In this document: positions 48,002-62,103 of the stretch, in pieces | Layout of the letters: every line of letters starts with the position of its first letter | Position numbering within the stretch: position 1 is the first letter of the stretch | NCBI GenBank assembly: GCA_043228905.1 | Contig: JBHGNT010000010.1 | Location: 21,576,001 to 21,640,000, forward strand | Reading direction: 5' to 3' | DNA: 64,000 nt | From: Azolla caroliniana | Lineage: Eukaryota > Plantae > Polypodiophyta | The notes under the pieces: model-generated | Told to the model about the DNA's origin: nothing | What the model saw: only the letters and a program-made list of their open reading frames with translations | Database searches by the model: none | Program-made: the position numbers and the translations under genes

Positions 48002-51000
48002 GGGCTAACAGTACTTGACTGCTCATAAATGAGCCTCGACTCTTACTCCCAAAACTATTCCTTACGAGGAATATCTTTCTAACGGCCTTTCGGTCTATGC
48101 ACCGATACGGCATTCTTACACATCGGTCTGCGTACCGGTTTTACACATCGGATTACACACAAATGTTGAGCTTATCTCTCAACACTCCCCCTCAAGCTCA
48201 ACTTGAGGTTCCGCCTGCTCTGCCGCACCTATGCTCCGGCTTCTCCTAGCTCCACGCCTCGCTCGCGCTCCTCGGCCTGTTCGACTCCGCGCGCTTCGAC
48301 CCTTCTGGTCGGCTTGTCTGTTCCCACTGCCCTTCACAGCACCCTTGTTGATGCGGTGTTGGCGCTTCTCCTACTACCTTCTTTTCCGCTTGGTTCTCGG
48401 TTGATTCAGTGTACCTGAATCAAACATCCAAACCGACTCAGCTATCTCCGATCGGTTTTCGCTCTCGTCCGATTTTCGCTCTCGTCCGAGTTGGCTATCT
48501 CCAACTCGTCTTCGGTTTCTCATCGTTGACGATGTCATCTCGCCCATGCCTGGTTGGCTCCGGCATTTTCTTTCGGCTACTCCCCTTATGTCCGCTTTCG
48601 GACTCTTCCGCGGATCCGCACTCTGCTTCTTCAGCCGAATCGAGGTCGAATTCGTCATCCGACTCGGCACCACGGTATTTTCTGCTCCTTTCCTGCTCCC
48701 TTTCGTGGTCATCTGGGACGTTTCTCCCCCTCAAGTTCGGCACGTCGAGGTGACGCAACCCAAGAGCACCCGAGAATTGCCGTAACTTGTCCAAACCAAG
48801 AGGCTTGGTGAAGATGTCGGCGGGCTGTCGATCTGTCAGAACATACTGAAGTTCGACTTCACCAGAAAGGACACGCTCACGGACAAAATGGTAGTGCACC
48901 TCAATGTGCTTGGTCCGTGCGTGGAAGACGGGGTTCTTCGCGAGTTGGATGCTGCTGAGGTTGTCGTAGTAGATCGTCGTCGGATCGGACACCTCCACCT
49001 GCAGATCCTTAAGTAGCCACTTCAACCATATGGCTTCACATGTCGCGATAGCCGCTCCTCGATACTCAGCTTCAGTGCTCGAGAGTGCAACTGTCGGCTG
49101 CTTCTTGCTACTCCACATGATCGCGGCACTCCCAAGAGAGAACGCGTATCCGGACGTGGATCGATGATCGGCGACATTGCCAGCCCAGTCGGCATCGGCG
49201 TAGCCGACCAACTGCGGGGCTGTATCGGTCCGATATAGCAATCCCCGGTCCTTAGTGCCGCTTACGTACCGCAGTACGCGTTGCGCACACTGAAGGTGCT
49301 CCTCGGTAGGTTGCGCGATAAACTGACTGATCACCCCGACCGGATAACTAAGATTGGATCGGGTGATTGTCAAGTAGATAAGGCTTCCGACAATTTGTCG
49401 GAACCTTGTCGGATCGCAAACCTTGCCGGAATTGGGGCGAAGCTTGACAGTTCTATCCAGAGGAGTCGAGACGGACTTACAGTCTGCCATCTCGAATTTG
49501 ATGAGCATATTCAGCGCATAATGACGTTGGCTGATCAGTATGCCTTCGGGGGTGCGGATCACTTCGATCTCAAGGAAGTAATGAAGGTCCTCTAGATCCT
49601 TCATGTCCAATGATGCCTCAAGCTGGAGCTTCACACGGTTGATTTCACCTAGGTCAGCGCCGGTGATGACCAAGTCATCAACATAGAGTAAAATACTGAC
49701 CGGCCCGAGTCGACCTTTCCGAATGAACAACGAGGAGTCCGACTTTGACGTCGCAAAGCCCATCTGACGCAGCCGATGCGTGATCTTAGCATTCCAGGCA
49801 CGCGGGGCTTGCTTCAGTCCGTAAAGGGACTTCTTCAATCGGCACACTGCCGACGTGTTCATTCCGAAGTGAAATCTGGGGGGCTGTACCATGTACACTT
49901 GGTCCTCAAGGTCACCTTGCAGGAACGCATTCTTTACATCCATCTGATGTGAGTGCCACCCCTTGGCCGCGGCTACCACGAGCAAAACACGGACAGTCGT
50001 CTCATCGTAGTCGATGTTGTGTTTCTGCGCATAGCCTTTTGCCACTAATCGGGCCTTGTATCGGTTGACCGAGCTGTCAGTGTTGTACTTGACCTTGTAC
50101 ACCCACCTACATCTGATCGTCTTCACATCCTTTGGTGCGTCAACCAAGTCCCAGGTCCCGTTTTCCGCCAATGTGTGCATCTCTTCCTTCATCGCGGCGC
50201 GCCAATTCGCGTCCTTCGCCGCTTCTGCGTACCTCTCTGGCTCACGCACTTCCGCTACATCAGTCATGTACGCATAATGATGCGCCATGTACTCGTTGTA
50301 TCCGAACCGCACAACTGGGTTCTTTTGGCGGGTAGATCGGCGTAATCGGTCATTAGCCGATGTCGAGGTCTTCTCGGCCGACGCGGACTTCACTCCTGAA
50401 GGCCCGTCGCCGCTTCCCTCGGAGTCGGACTCTCATCGGTCTGACTCGTTCCTATCCGTGCCGGAATCCGACATCTTCTTCTTCCCTTTCTCTTTGCACG
50501 TAAGCTGTCTCCTCGGCTTCTTACGCGGGGAATGCACGGCCGAGTCTTCACTACTCATCGGCTTTCCATCGGACTGGTCGTACCGACTCAGTCGTCCATT
50601 CGGTCCACTTAACCGAAACGAAATCGGACTCGCTTCGGGGATCCCGATTTCAGGCTGAGCCGGAGGCACCTTGGCCTCGCTGTCCTCATTGTCAGAACTC
50701 AGATTGGAGGTGAGATCCAGAGTCGGAGGCAAGTACCAGTACGCGGACTCATCAAACACAACGTCGCGGCTCACGCGTGCTTGTTTGGTACGCGGGTTAT
50801 AGCACTTATAACCCTTCTGCTCGTCCGAATAGCCGACCAAGATACACTTCTCGGCTTTTGCGTCCAACTTCCTCCTTTTCTCCTTCGGCACATGCACATA
50901 CGCAATGCTACCGAAAACTCATAGGTGTCGCAAGTTCGGCTTCGTTCCGAAGAAAAGCTCGTGCACTGACACTTTTTCTCCGATCCGGTTCTGGATGTAT

Positions 51001-53456
51001 ACTGCGGTCCTTACCACCTCAGCCCAGTAGAACTTGGGCAAGATCTTCTCCTCGAGCATTGCCCGTACCGCTTCCACAACCGATCGATTTTTTCTCTCGG
51101 CCACGCGATTTTGCTCCGGCGTGTATCTACAACTGAATTCGTGCCGAATTCCCATCTGTTGTAGATAACCGGTGAACTGACCGGAAAAGTATTCTTTTCC
51201 GCCATCCGACCGCAGGCACTTGATCCTTCTTCCTGTTTCCGTATCCACGAACCCTTTGAGGTCCCGGAAACAGTCGAAGACTTCGCTTTTCCTCTCAATG
51301 AGGTAGATCCACGTGTGCCGCGTGTAGTCGTCGATGGAGACAAAATATCAGCTCCCGCCAAGACTAACATTTTGTGCCAGCCCCCACACATAAGAGTGTA
51401 TCAAGTCGAGCTTGTTCCGGCTCGGGTTACGCTCGTTGGGGAAAGGAAGTCGGTGTTGCTTCCCAAGCTGGCAGGCTTCACAAATTTATGCCTTCCGGCC
51501 ACTAAATTTGGGCAATCTGAACACCACTTGTTTTGATTGCAGGTCTTGAAGCCGCTGGTAGTTGACGTGGCCTATCCACTTGTGCCATAAGTCGATGTCT
51601 GACTCAACTTTTTGTCCCTTTGCGAACATTGTGGTGCCACCGTCAGTAGAGTCGAGGATAAACATCCTCCCATCTATGCGCCCTTGCGCAATAATACGGC
51701 CTTCTTCCTCAATGAAGCACTTGAGGTGCGTAAACCGGACCTCCATCCCTTGGTCGACGATCTATCCGACCGTCACCAAGTTCTTCGTTATTGTCGGAAC
51801 GTGTAGCACGTTCATGAGTTTGCCTTTCTAGCCGACATGGCTCAGGGGAACTTCTCCGACATTCGCGATCCGATGCGGAGTGTCGTCTCCGGTTGCGACT
51901 ACTCCTGGTTGCATCAGTTTTTCTAGGTACGAGAACCACTCCTTATGGCTCGTCATGTGATTTGACACGCCAGAGTCGACGTACCACACCTCGTCCAATT
52001 TCGGGGTGGTCTGCTTCATTGAGTTTGCTTCGTGTCTCGTCACGAAGACTGACCCATTTCCGGGTTCTCCGAATCCTTCGGCGTAGTGCGATCGTTGCCG
52101 ATTTCCTCTCTCGGTCTGTTCGGAGCATGTTCCGGACCCGGTTCTCTCCGAATCGGCGCGTTTTTTCCAGCACTCGCACTCCCTGTGGCCTTTCTTGCCA
52201 CAGTACCAGCATTCCACGGCGGATTTCCCTTGCCGGTTCTCGTCGCCTCGACTCCCCCTGTTTCCGGAAGGTCTGGCATTGTTGTCGGCATCACTTCGGT
52301 GCCTTCTTCCTTGATCCCGTCGGCCGCCTCGTTCGCCACGACCACAAGGCCTATCTCCCTCCGTGTACAACATCTTGTTGTCGGTGTGCATGCTTGTTGA
52401 CGCACCCACGTGGTTCACCTCTACCAGGAGCATCGACTGTAGGTCAAAAAAGGACGGCGTATTCTCCCGGGTACACACAGCAGTTCAGAACGCCCCGAAC
52501 TTCAACGCCAAACCCCCAAGACAGACCTGGACCATCTCGCTTTCCTCGATGTTCACATCAATGGAAGCTAAGGAGTCGCATATGTTCTTAATCCTCGAGG
52601 TATAGTCCACCACCGACAAATCGCATTGCCGTAGGTTGCTCAACTCCTGTCGAAGCTTAAGCTTCCTGGTTGTGGTGCTCACGGCGAAGATCTTCTTCAG
52701 ATTTTCCTACGCACCCTTTAGTGTTTTTGCATCCCGAACGTAGCTTAACATGTGTTCGCCCACACAAGATGCGAAACAGTACAGCACTCTGCTCGCCGAT
52801 TGTTCACACGCCGGGAAGTCTTTGTGTGTCGAATCGGGTGCTGTGTCATTTGCTCCATCGGCATAGCTCCAGTAACCATGTCCGAGTAGGTACTGGTGCA
52901 TCTTGTAGGACCAAGATGCATAGTTGGTTCTGTCGAGCTTCTCCGTTGGAAGCGAGCTAGCCATACCTCTGTCCATCGGTTTTCTTGTTCTTCATCGTTG
53001 TTGTTTTCTTTCCTTCAAGCAAAGTCGGTTGTAGAGGTTCTCAACCCTCGCGCTCTGATACCATGAAAAGAATGGCGTGCGGAAGCAATATAGGAAATCC
53101 GAACAACAGAAAACGCACCTGTTTAATGGCAAGCTTAGGTTTGCACAGTACGCACGGGAGAGACAGAGAGAGAGTAAGCACAAGAGCTTAATTCAAAACG
53201 ATAATACTCAATCTATACATTAGATGTGCTCAATGAGCACTTTTATACAAGCCCTAACAATGGGCTAACACAAGTACTGACAGTACTTGACTGCTCATAA
53301 ATGAGCCTCGACTCTTACTCCCAAAACTATTCCTTACGAGGAATATCTTTCTAACGGCCTTTCGGTCTACAGACCGATACGGCCTTCCTACACATCAGCC
53401 TGCGTACCGGTTTTACACATTGGATTACGCACAAATGTTGAGCTTGTCTCTCAACA
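48002..53456 (-). mobile_element. Ty1/copia element I, nearly complete (3' LTR truncated)
   Basis: 5' LTR 53064-53456; Met PBS complement GCTCTGATACCA 53052-53063; PPT complement from 48185; 3' LTR remnant 48002-48184. Confidence 0.93.
48495..52976 (-). pseudogene. copia gag-pol of element I
   Basis: NYASWSYKM, CWYCGKKGHRECEC, WYVDSG, LRSDGGKEY, YKARLVAKGY, LYVDDL, YADADWAG, ADIFTKPL. Confidence 0.94.
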
Positions 53457-54018
53457 ACCTCTGTCCCGATCAGGTAGTCTTTATCGGCCTTCACCGCCGA
53501 AATGATACCCCAAAGTTCGTGTTTAACCTGAGTGTATCCTCGCTATCGCTCATTGACGACCTTCGCGCCAAACCGGATGGGGAACCTCGTGCCAACGTCA
53601 TCCTCTTGGTTGATCACCCATCCGATCCCGGTAGGACTCGTGTCTACGGTTACGTAAATCGAAGTGTCTTTGCCGTAGACAGCCTTTCGGAGCGCCGGTG
53701 CCGTGGCAAGTGCTTCCTTCATCTTTCGGACTGACTCCGTATGCTCGTCTCCCCACTCCAATTTACGCCCTTTCTTCAGCAACCCATACAGCGGCTCCGC
53801 GACTTGGGCGTAATGTGGGATCCAGATATGGTAGAACGCACATGCTCCCAAGAATCTCCGAACCTCCATGACCGAATTGCAGTCATGCTTCATCGCGGAA
53901 ATGGCTTCCACCTTGGCCGGAGACGGTTTCCGACCGTATGGTCCGCATAGGTGCCCGAAGACCATGATCTATGATTGCCTGAAGGCCGATTTTTTCCCAG
54001 AGAAGCTGAGCCTCGCGC
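53457..54018 (-). pseudogene. pol: RT/RNase H fragment of another Trp-primed family element
   Basis: ORF 53543-53965 GHLCGPYGRKPSPAKVEAI...VDTSPTGIG. Confidence 0.88.
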
Positions 54019-54099
54019 AAACACGGTGTCGCGTTGTTACGCGCGTGCGTGGAGAACAAGGCGGGACCACTGGGGTCTTGGACTGAGGAATAGGTGAGG

Positions 54100-54130
<31 letters not shown>

Positions 54131-54768
54131 CGCTCACTCACGTATAGACAAAGAAGCGCACGGGGACGCGGCACAACAACACAGGAGACGCGAGTTGAGA
54201 ACACTAGAGTATGTATGTAAACGACTCGAACGGTTACAGTCGATCAGGTCGGCGAGGTGGATGCCGACGCCTGATCACCCACGCACACAGGAGAGCAAGA
54301 TGGAGATTCTGCCGGAAGCACATGGGCGTTCCACGGAGCAGAATCAGCCTCTTGAGAACCTACGCAAAAGAAAGCTATGGAGAACGACAGAGAAGAAGAC
54401 CTCGGTCCTAGTCCGACATCACTTCGTTCCTTCTTGCACGGCCCCCTTCTCTCCCCCATCTCCCTCTCTTTTATAGCTCAAGGAGGGAGGCCATTTCACC
54501 CGTTTACATCACATTAATTCTCTGTCCTTTCGGACAGAGATACTCCTCGATTTCCCTTATAGAATATTGCTACCTAGGATTTAACCTTTGTGCCTACCTA
54601 TCTACTATACGACAAGGGACGTGCCCACGTGTAAGGGCCGGTTCACACACACTATACACGGTTTGCGCCTGGGGACGGTTTTCTTCACGACATCCGCCCC
54701 CACCTAACCGCGCATCCACCGGTATGCACCAAAATTGGGTTCCTACGGGAGAAAACCGATCCTTGCTT

Positions 54769-57700
54769 TTATTCCTCGTTTACCGGTTCATCCACCACCT
54801 CGGGCTGCTCGTCGTCGCTGTCCATGCCCCCTAGCTCCGGCTCCCCGTCGTGCCGTTTCTTGAACGCTTTGATCCTCTTCCCCGCTACCGGTATCGCCAT
54901 TCTCGTACCGTCGAGCTCCGCGAGATGGTACGTCCCATTGGCGTTGGCGCCTGTTACTACATAAGACCCGAACCACCTCCTCGCAAACTTTCACGTGGCG
55001 CTGTGCTGATTGTCGAGACTGCTGTCGTAGACTAGCACCCAGTTGCCTTCCTCGATCTTCCTTGGCCTGGACCGGTGTGTTCGGTCGAACCGGGCTTTGT
55101 TCCTTATCCGCGCTACTCGAAGTTTCTCCGCGGCTCGCTCTACGTCCTCCGACCTCCGCTCGAGCTGTCGAATCCATGCCGCCAACTGTTCCTCCCGGCT
55201 CATCTCATCCCTCCAGTCCACCGTGGCCCACGATGAGATCGTTCGCCCTGTTGGCATGATCGGCTTCTGTCCGAACATCAGCTCAGCCGGCATGAACCCG
55301 GTTACCGAACTGTGCGTAGTCCGGTCCGCCCACAAGGCATAAGGTAGCAGTCGTGGCCAGTCCCCGACTTGGCCTCCGCACGCCCGTACTAGTGCTTTGA
55401 CAATTGGCTCGTGTCCGCACTCCACATTCCCGTTCGCCTCCGAATTGTACGTTGTGGTGAGCGAAAGTTTGACTTCTAGCCGGTCGAACAGCTCTTCGGC
55501 GTCTTCTGCGTCCAACTCACCACGGTCAGCCACGATCTTCCCTACGCACCCGTATCGGCATACTACGTCCTCAATCAAAAATCGGCACACAGTTGCCATC
55601 GTCTTGTTCTGCAGGGCTCGGCCTTCAACCTGGTTCGTTAGATCTTCCCGAGCCAGCACCAGATACCGCATCTGTCCTACCCCCATTGGCATCGTCACCA
55701 AATCCACCATCCACTTGAAGTGGACGGTCGGAGGGTAGGTCGGGTGAAGCTCGTCCCGATGTCAGATCATGAAGTGCACCTGACAGCTTTCGCAAGTCGT
55801 CAAGAACCGATGCACGTCTCGGTATAGTCCCGGCCACCAGTACTTCCCCTTTAGCTTTTCGAACGTGGCCCACGTTCCACGGTGTCCAGCCCACGGGCTA
55901 TCGTGGTACGCCGCCAGCAAATCCTCCTGATCCTCCTTCTTCGCCACCACTCGGACCGGGATGTCGTTCCTCTTCTTCGGGTGCTTCCATATGTATCCGT
56001 CCCGGAGAAAGAATCGGTAGGCTTTCTTCCGAATCTGGTTGGCCTCGTCCGTTGTCCATGTCGCGTCCGGTGTCATTGTTCTCAAGAACCCGCCGATCTG
56101 CAGCCACTCCCCGTCGTACTTGCTCTCGTCGAAATCGTTAAGCGTTGGAGAGCATTCCTTGCCGGTTGTTACGTAAGTCGCCTCGAAGAAGTCCACGCCG
56201 ACTTCCTCATCCTCTGAAACCATGCCGCCGTCATTTTCGAACCTCGCCCTTGAAAGCATGTCAGCCATGGCGTTGTCTTTCCCAGAAATGTGTCGTATTT
56301 CCGGATTCAGGGACTTGATGTACGCTATCCACATGAGCATTGCCAGGTCCGGCGTCACGAATCCGGAAACCATGCCAAGGATCGGTAGGCAGTCAATCTC
56401 GATAATTACCTCTGTCCCGATCAGGTATTCTGTATCGGCCTTTACCGCTGAAACGATACCCCAGAGTTCGCGCTTAACCTGGGCGTATCCTCGCTGTCAC
56501 TCACTGAGGACCTTTGCGTCGAACCGGATCAGGGAACGCATGTCGTCCTCGTCCTCTTGGTTGACGACCCATCCGATCCCGGTCGGACTCGTGTCTACCG
56601 TTACGTAAATTGGAGTGCTCTTTCCATAGACAGCCTTTCGGAGCGCCGGAGCCGCGGCAAGGGCTTCCTTCATCTTCCGGACAGACTCCGTATGCTCGCC
56701 TCTCCACTTGAATTTTCGCCCCTTTTTCAGCAACCCGTATAACGGCTCCACGACGTGAGCGTAATGCAGGATCCATATGTGGTAGAACGCGCACGCCCCC
56801 AAGAACCTCCGAACCTCCATGACCGAGCTGCAGTCGTTCTTCATCCGCAGAGATGGCTTCTACCTTAGCCGGAGACGGTTTCCGGCCGTATGGCCCGCAT
56901 AGGTGTCCGACGACCATGATCTCTGATTGCCCGAAGGCCGACTTTCCCCCGGAGAAGGTGAGCCTCGCGCTCTCCAACCTCTGCAGCACCTTCTCGCAGT
57001 CATCGATGTGCGTCGCCACGAATTTCTGGCACCTGTCCGGTCCGATCGTCTCGTCCCTTTCCTCCACCGCACATCCCTTGATCGGGACGTCGTCCAAAAA
57101 CGGCATGGTGATATCCGGGATACAATCCCTCAGCACTTTGTTCAATGCGTTCACCATGTGAGCCACCGAGTTCGTCCCTCCTTGCGGCAGGGTACACATT
57201 CGTACTAGGCCGAGAGGAGTTCGCATTCTCGTGATGTCCCTGCTCTCTACGGAAAGCTGGAACCGATCATACCCCGAGTAGAGATCACCGACTGAGTAAA
57301 TTGACCTTCCGGCGAAGGCCTCCGCGAACTCGTCTATTGTCGGTCCGATTCCCGCGTTTCGAATGGTCACCTTGTTGACCGGCTGCAGGTCTTGAATAAA
57401 GCGCAGCGTGCCGTCTTTCTTCGGCACGATAAACCACCGATTCGAGTATGGGGCACTTGACGGTTCGAGGATTCCCATCTCGACCTTTTGCTTTAACAGC
57501 TCCATCAGCTTCGGGATGTGAGCTCTGGGTACTGGAATCGGTTTGAGACTCCACGGCACATGCGGTACCGTGAATATCACCATCGGTTCCACGACTGTCG
57601 GGTCTACGCACCCGATCTCCTCCGGTGAGAATGCGAAAGCCTTCCCGTGCCTTCCGAGCATTCCCCGAAAACGATCCTCTTCTGCCAGCAGTAGGAAGCC

Positions 57701-58264
57701 GCCCCCACCGATTTTGAGCTCGCGCAGCATTATGTCCGTGAACGTGTGTCCTATGAGGGCCGGATTTCGTAAACTCGGGTCCATCGCAACCCCCTTTATT
57801 CACAACTCGCTGCCCTCCGGTAAGGGAGCCGCGACTGGCCTCACCTTCCAGTCCACACTCTTGTACCTCGTGTCCACTCGGTTCATCCGATCCGACTCGA
57901 GCCCTCTACTGAAGTCCGTGATGACTTCATACATCTTTTCCGAACATACCGGAATCGTCCGGTCCTCTTTAAGGACTCCTCCGACTACCTCTCGCAGCTC
58001 CCCCAAGGTATCGATGAAAGAAACCGCCTCCACGGCTCCGTTGATTTCCTCTCTAAGGCCGAGGATACCACATGCCCGAAGTTGCTCCTTCGCCCTTTTC
58101 TTCTCCCGGCCAACAACGTCGACTACCGTACACCCTCCGTTGTCAGAGAACCAAAATTTCCTACTTATAGTACAGGTTTTCTTTGCTATCGTACACTTGT
58201 GGCGTTTTCCCGGAGTGTCCGGACTATCGCAGCCCCACGCCTTGATAGCCCTCTTCAAAAATCC
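54769..58264 (-). pseudogene. pol: pol of element D
   Basis: ORFs 57800-58258, 56501-57784 (FLDD), 56497-56844, 55762-56373 and 54991-55710. Confidence 0.93.
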
Positions 58265-60808
58265 TCCCGGCTTTCGCCCCCGAGGGTCTCGCAGTTCCTC
58301 TCATGGTTCGATCTCACCGTCAGGAACTGGACCGAGTGACGCCCATCCTGGCTCTTGACCCTTGCATAGGTCGAGCCGTTGTCCAGCACCTTGGTCTCCA
58401 TCCGTGCTGCCGTGATGTACAGTTCTCCTAGTATAACCGGATGTAAGGACATCTCCTGCACGAAGAAGTGTTGGTCAATCTCGACATCGTCGATCTTTAC
58501 TCGTACGTTCGGGCAGGCTCCATGCAGTTCTTCGGTGGCACGCGTCGCCGCCCGTATTTTCCACCCGTGCTTGGTATTGATCGGCCATTTTCCCTTCTTA
58601 TAGAAGTCCATGGACATCAAATTGATTTCTGAACCATGGTCCACCAACGCCACCACCGGTTCATGAACATCTCCGATCTTCACGGGGGTCTCCGTGGTCG
58701 CTCTGGCCCAGTGCGGCCTCGAATAGTGGCTCTCCGCCAACTCGTCTTCCAGCGCCATGTCCTCTATGTGCGTCGTCCGCACCTCCACCGGCTTCTCCGG
58801 TTCTGTCTCCGTCAACAGCCTCTTCCTCTTCACCAAGTCTACGATGGAGTCGTGGAACTCCTTGGCGATCCCGAGCACTTCCCTCAGCGATAGCTCCACC
58901 TTGCTGTCGAGGATTCGTTCTTCCAGGACCTTTCGCAGGTCCGTGGATCTTTCGATTTCTGTGCCCAGCTGGTACCCGCCCTTCTTGGGATTATCCTGGG
59001 CACCGGTTACAACGGTCTCATTCCGTCTTTGCCCGAATCGAGTTTCATATTGCTGCGAGGGCCCGGCCCCTCCGGTTTTCCCTACCCGCTTGTCCTCTAC
59101 TAGAGCCTCGTAGTTTTGACAAGCGGCTTCGACGAAGCCCGTCTTTTCTTCCACCGAGTCACTCCACCCGGTTACCTCCCAGACCCGTTTTTCCGCGCGG
59201 TCCACCTCTTCTTTCCTCAGCCGTGCACCGGCGTGGCCTTCCAGCATCGTCGGCCAGAACCCGGCTTTGTTCGTCTTCGGGGCCTCGCCACCTCTGACCC
59301 GAATACCAGCTGACACCGAGTAGTGGACAGTCTCCGCGTGACGAGCCGCCGCCTCCTCCATCAGCCTTTTCATACCCCCTCGCCCGACGTTCAGGTTCAG
59401 GGCCCTTTGGGTCTCGCTGGCGTGCACCTGACCGTTCCACAGGTACACCACGTTGCTTCTCATCGCCTCGGCGAAGTCCCCGCAGTCCTTTCGGATGTGC
59501 CCAACCGCGTCACACCACATGCACTTGTTTTCTGCCAGAGGTCGTCGGTCACGGGCCTATTCGCCACCATCCCTCCGTGCCTGGGCGATCTGGAGATCCT
59601 TTACCATCCACGTCAGCTCCTCCAAAGCTGCTCCCCCGGACGAGCCATTGATCATGCCGGTTGAAGGCAACCCAGTCTCGAGCCAATTTCGGGTCTCTTC
59701 CCTTCGCATTGGTGGTGTTGGCTCGAGTTTCCTTGCTATGACAGAGCCCGCCCCTATCGATCCTTTGTCAACCCATTCCCGCCGTTTGTCGAAACAGCCA
59801 CAGACCCTTTTTACCACGGCCCAGTCGGCCGTCAGCCCGTCATCAGTCTCCAATAGGAGGCCTACCTGCTCCCAATCCCGCTCGTCAACCGACTTAACAA
59901 ACAATAGGACACGACTTGTATCCAGAACAGTCCGGTCAAGCACCGAGAGGCACGTGAAGCGTTCCTCAAACTCCCGAAGGAGCACTGACGCGTTCCTTCC
60001 TTTGTCGGGGGTCTCCACCCACTCCATGAAGTCCCGCTTCGAAAGTCGAAGCGCATCTTCAAGCCCGTATCTTTCGAGGAGCCGACCTTCGAACTCCTCC
60101 CAGGTCCAGCTCTCGGCCCGTACCTCGAGCACCTCCGTATGGATACCCGGCATCGCCACTCGAGGGAATCTGGTAGAAGCCTCTCTTCCGGAATGTCCCT
60201 CATTACCATCTCAGCCCGGTAGGACGCCAAGTAGCTCGTGGCATCCTTTTGTCAGGAATAGTACTAAAGCAGAGATGGAATTAGTACTAAGAAGAGTAGT
60301 ACTATTAGTACTAAGAGGACGGGATTGCGTAAGATTCCCGAGAGAGAGGAAGTGAGAAGAGGAGAGAGAGAGAAATAGGATGATGACAGCAGCTCTTATA
60401 TTATATGAAAGATAAGTACAAATCGACTAAGAGGCTTAAGACTGGTGTTGAACCAATTTGGTTCAAAACAATGCCTTGTGCCTCCTTTTATAGTGTTTTT
60501 AGGAATAATCCTGAAGCTTCTAGAATGTTCCAGAGAGATCTGGAATATACATCAATTTTCTATGATAAAGTATAAATGAAAATAATATCCTACAAAATAC
60601 AATTCATAGTCTAATGGTAAGAGCTCGACCCATGTAGCATAAAGTCATGGGTTCGAGTCTTGCCATATCATGACACTTTTCCACTAAACCGGCCGATCGT
60701 ACCGACAACCGCCTCGATAGCCCTATCAAGGGCGCCAGTGCCTTCGCGCACACTCACTATACGGTCTACAGCCGAAGCCATGGCTTCTGCAAGGTCCGAT
60801 CCCCTCAT
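58255..60808 (-). pseudogene. gag: gag-protease of element D, interrupted by a solo LTR
   Basis: ORFs 59557-60159 and 58255-59520 (zinc knuckle and ALVDHGSE in one frame, ending REDF*). Confidence 0.92.
60250..60675 (-). mobile_element. Solo LTR related to the element A family
   Basis: TGTCAGGAATAGTACT...CATGACA homologous to 571-1036; 5-bp TSD CCTTT/CTTTT (one C>T), whose removal restores the gag frame. Confidence 0.92.
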
Positions 60809-60922
60809 ATTCTACTCCTCTGCCGCCTTTTCACGTCGGGTTCACCAAATATGTCGCGTTGTTACGCGCGTGCGTGGAGAACAAGGCGGGACCACTGGGG
60901 TCTTGGACCGAGGAATAGGTGA

Positions 60923-60964
<42 letters not shown>

Positions 60965-61525
60965 GCTCACTCACGTATAGACAAAGAAGCGCACGGGGAT
61001 GCGGCACAACAACACAGGAGACGCGAGTTGAGAACACTAGAGTATGTATGTAAACGACTCGAACGGTTACAGCCGATCAGGTCGGCGAGGTGGATGCCGA
61101 CGCCTGATCACCCACGCACACAGGAGAGCAAGATGGAGATTCTGCCGGAAGCACACGGGCGTTCCACGGAGCAGAATCAGCCTCCTGAGAACTTGCGCAA
61201 AAGAAAGCTATGGAGAACGACAGAGAAGAAGACCTCAGTCCCAGTCCGACAGCACTTTGTTCCTTCTAGCGCGCCCCCCTTCTCTCCCCCGTCTCCCTCT
61301 CTTTTATAGCTCAAGGAGGGAGGCCGTTTCACCCGTTTACATCACATTAATTCTCTGTCCTTTCGGACAGAGATACTCCTCGATTTCCCTTATAGAATAT
61401 TGCTACCTAGGATTTAACCTTTGTGCCTACCTATCTACTATACGACAAGGGACGTGCCCACGTGTAAGGGCCGGTTCACACACACTATACACGGTTTGCG
61501 CCTGGGGACGGTTTTCTTCACGACA

Positions 61526-62103
61526 ACGGGAGCACACAAGAATCACAGTCCAATAACACAGCAAAACGAGATGACTAGAAGTCCGAGTATATGAACACGT
61601 ATGTATATAAATATATATATATATATATATCAAGACGGTTACAATTAACAGGCCGTCAAGGCGAACACCGACGCTTGTTCACTCTCACACAGAAGAGCGA
61701 GATGGAGACTCTGTCGGAAGCACACGGGCGTTCCACGGAGCAGAGTCAGCCTCCCGAAAACCTGCGCAAAATGGCTATGGAGAGTGGCAGAGGAGAAGGG
61801 CTCGGTCCCAGTCCGGCAGCACTTCGTCCTCTCTAAAGCGCGATCCCTTTTCCATTCCTCTCCCTCTCTTTTATAGCCCAAGGAGGCAGGCCGTTATCAT
61901 CCGTTACATCACATTAATTCTCTGTCCTTTCGGACAGAGATACACCTCGATTCTCTCCCTATTGAATGCGTGCTACCTAGGATTTCACCTCAGCTGACTT
62001 GTACCTACCTACTTACTATACAACGAAAAGTGTGCTCGCGTGTAAGGGCCGGTTTACACATGCTAAACTCGGTTTCCGCCTAGGGACGGTTTTCTTCACG
62101 ACA
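61526..62103 (-). repeat. Partial LTR of the Trp-primed lineage (target of element D)
   Basis: Diverged homolog of the B/D LTR ending TTCTTCACGACA; right flank ACGG. Confidence 0.85.

Larger units (their letters stand above)
54027..61525 (-). mobile_element. Full-length tRNA-Trp-primed Ty3/gypsy element D
   Basis: LTRs 54027-54692 and 60852-61525; PBS complement 60831-60847; perfect 4-bp TSD ACGG (54023-54026, 61526-61529). Confidence 0.95.

Noticed and set aside
43942-62103. LTR stub at 43942 and LTR ending 62103 as the two ends of one element
   Set aside because: Flanks differ (GCGG in a LINE versus ACGG in chromovirus pol), so they cannot be paired as one simple insertion.
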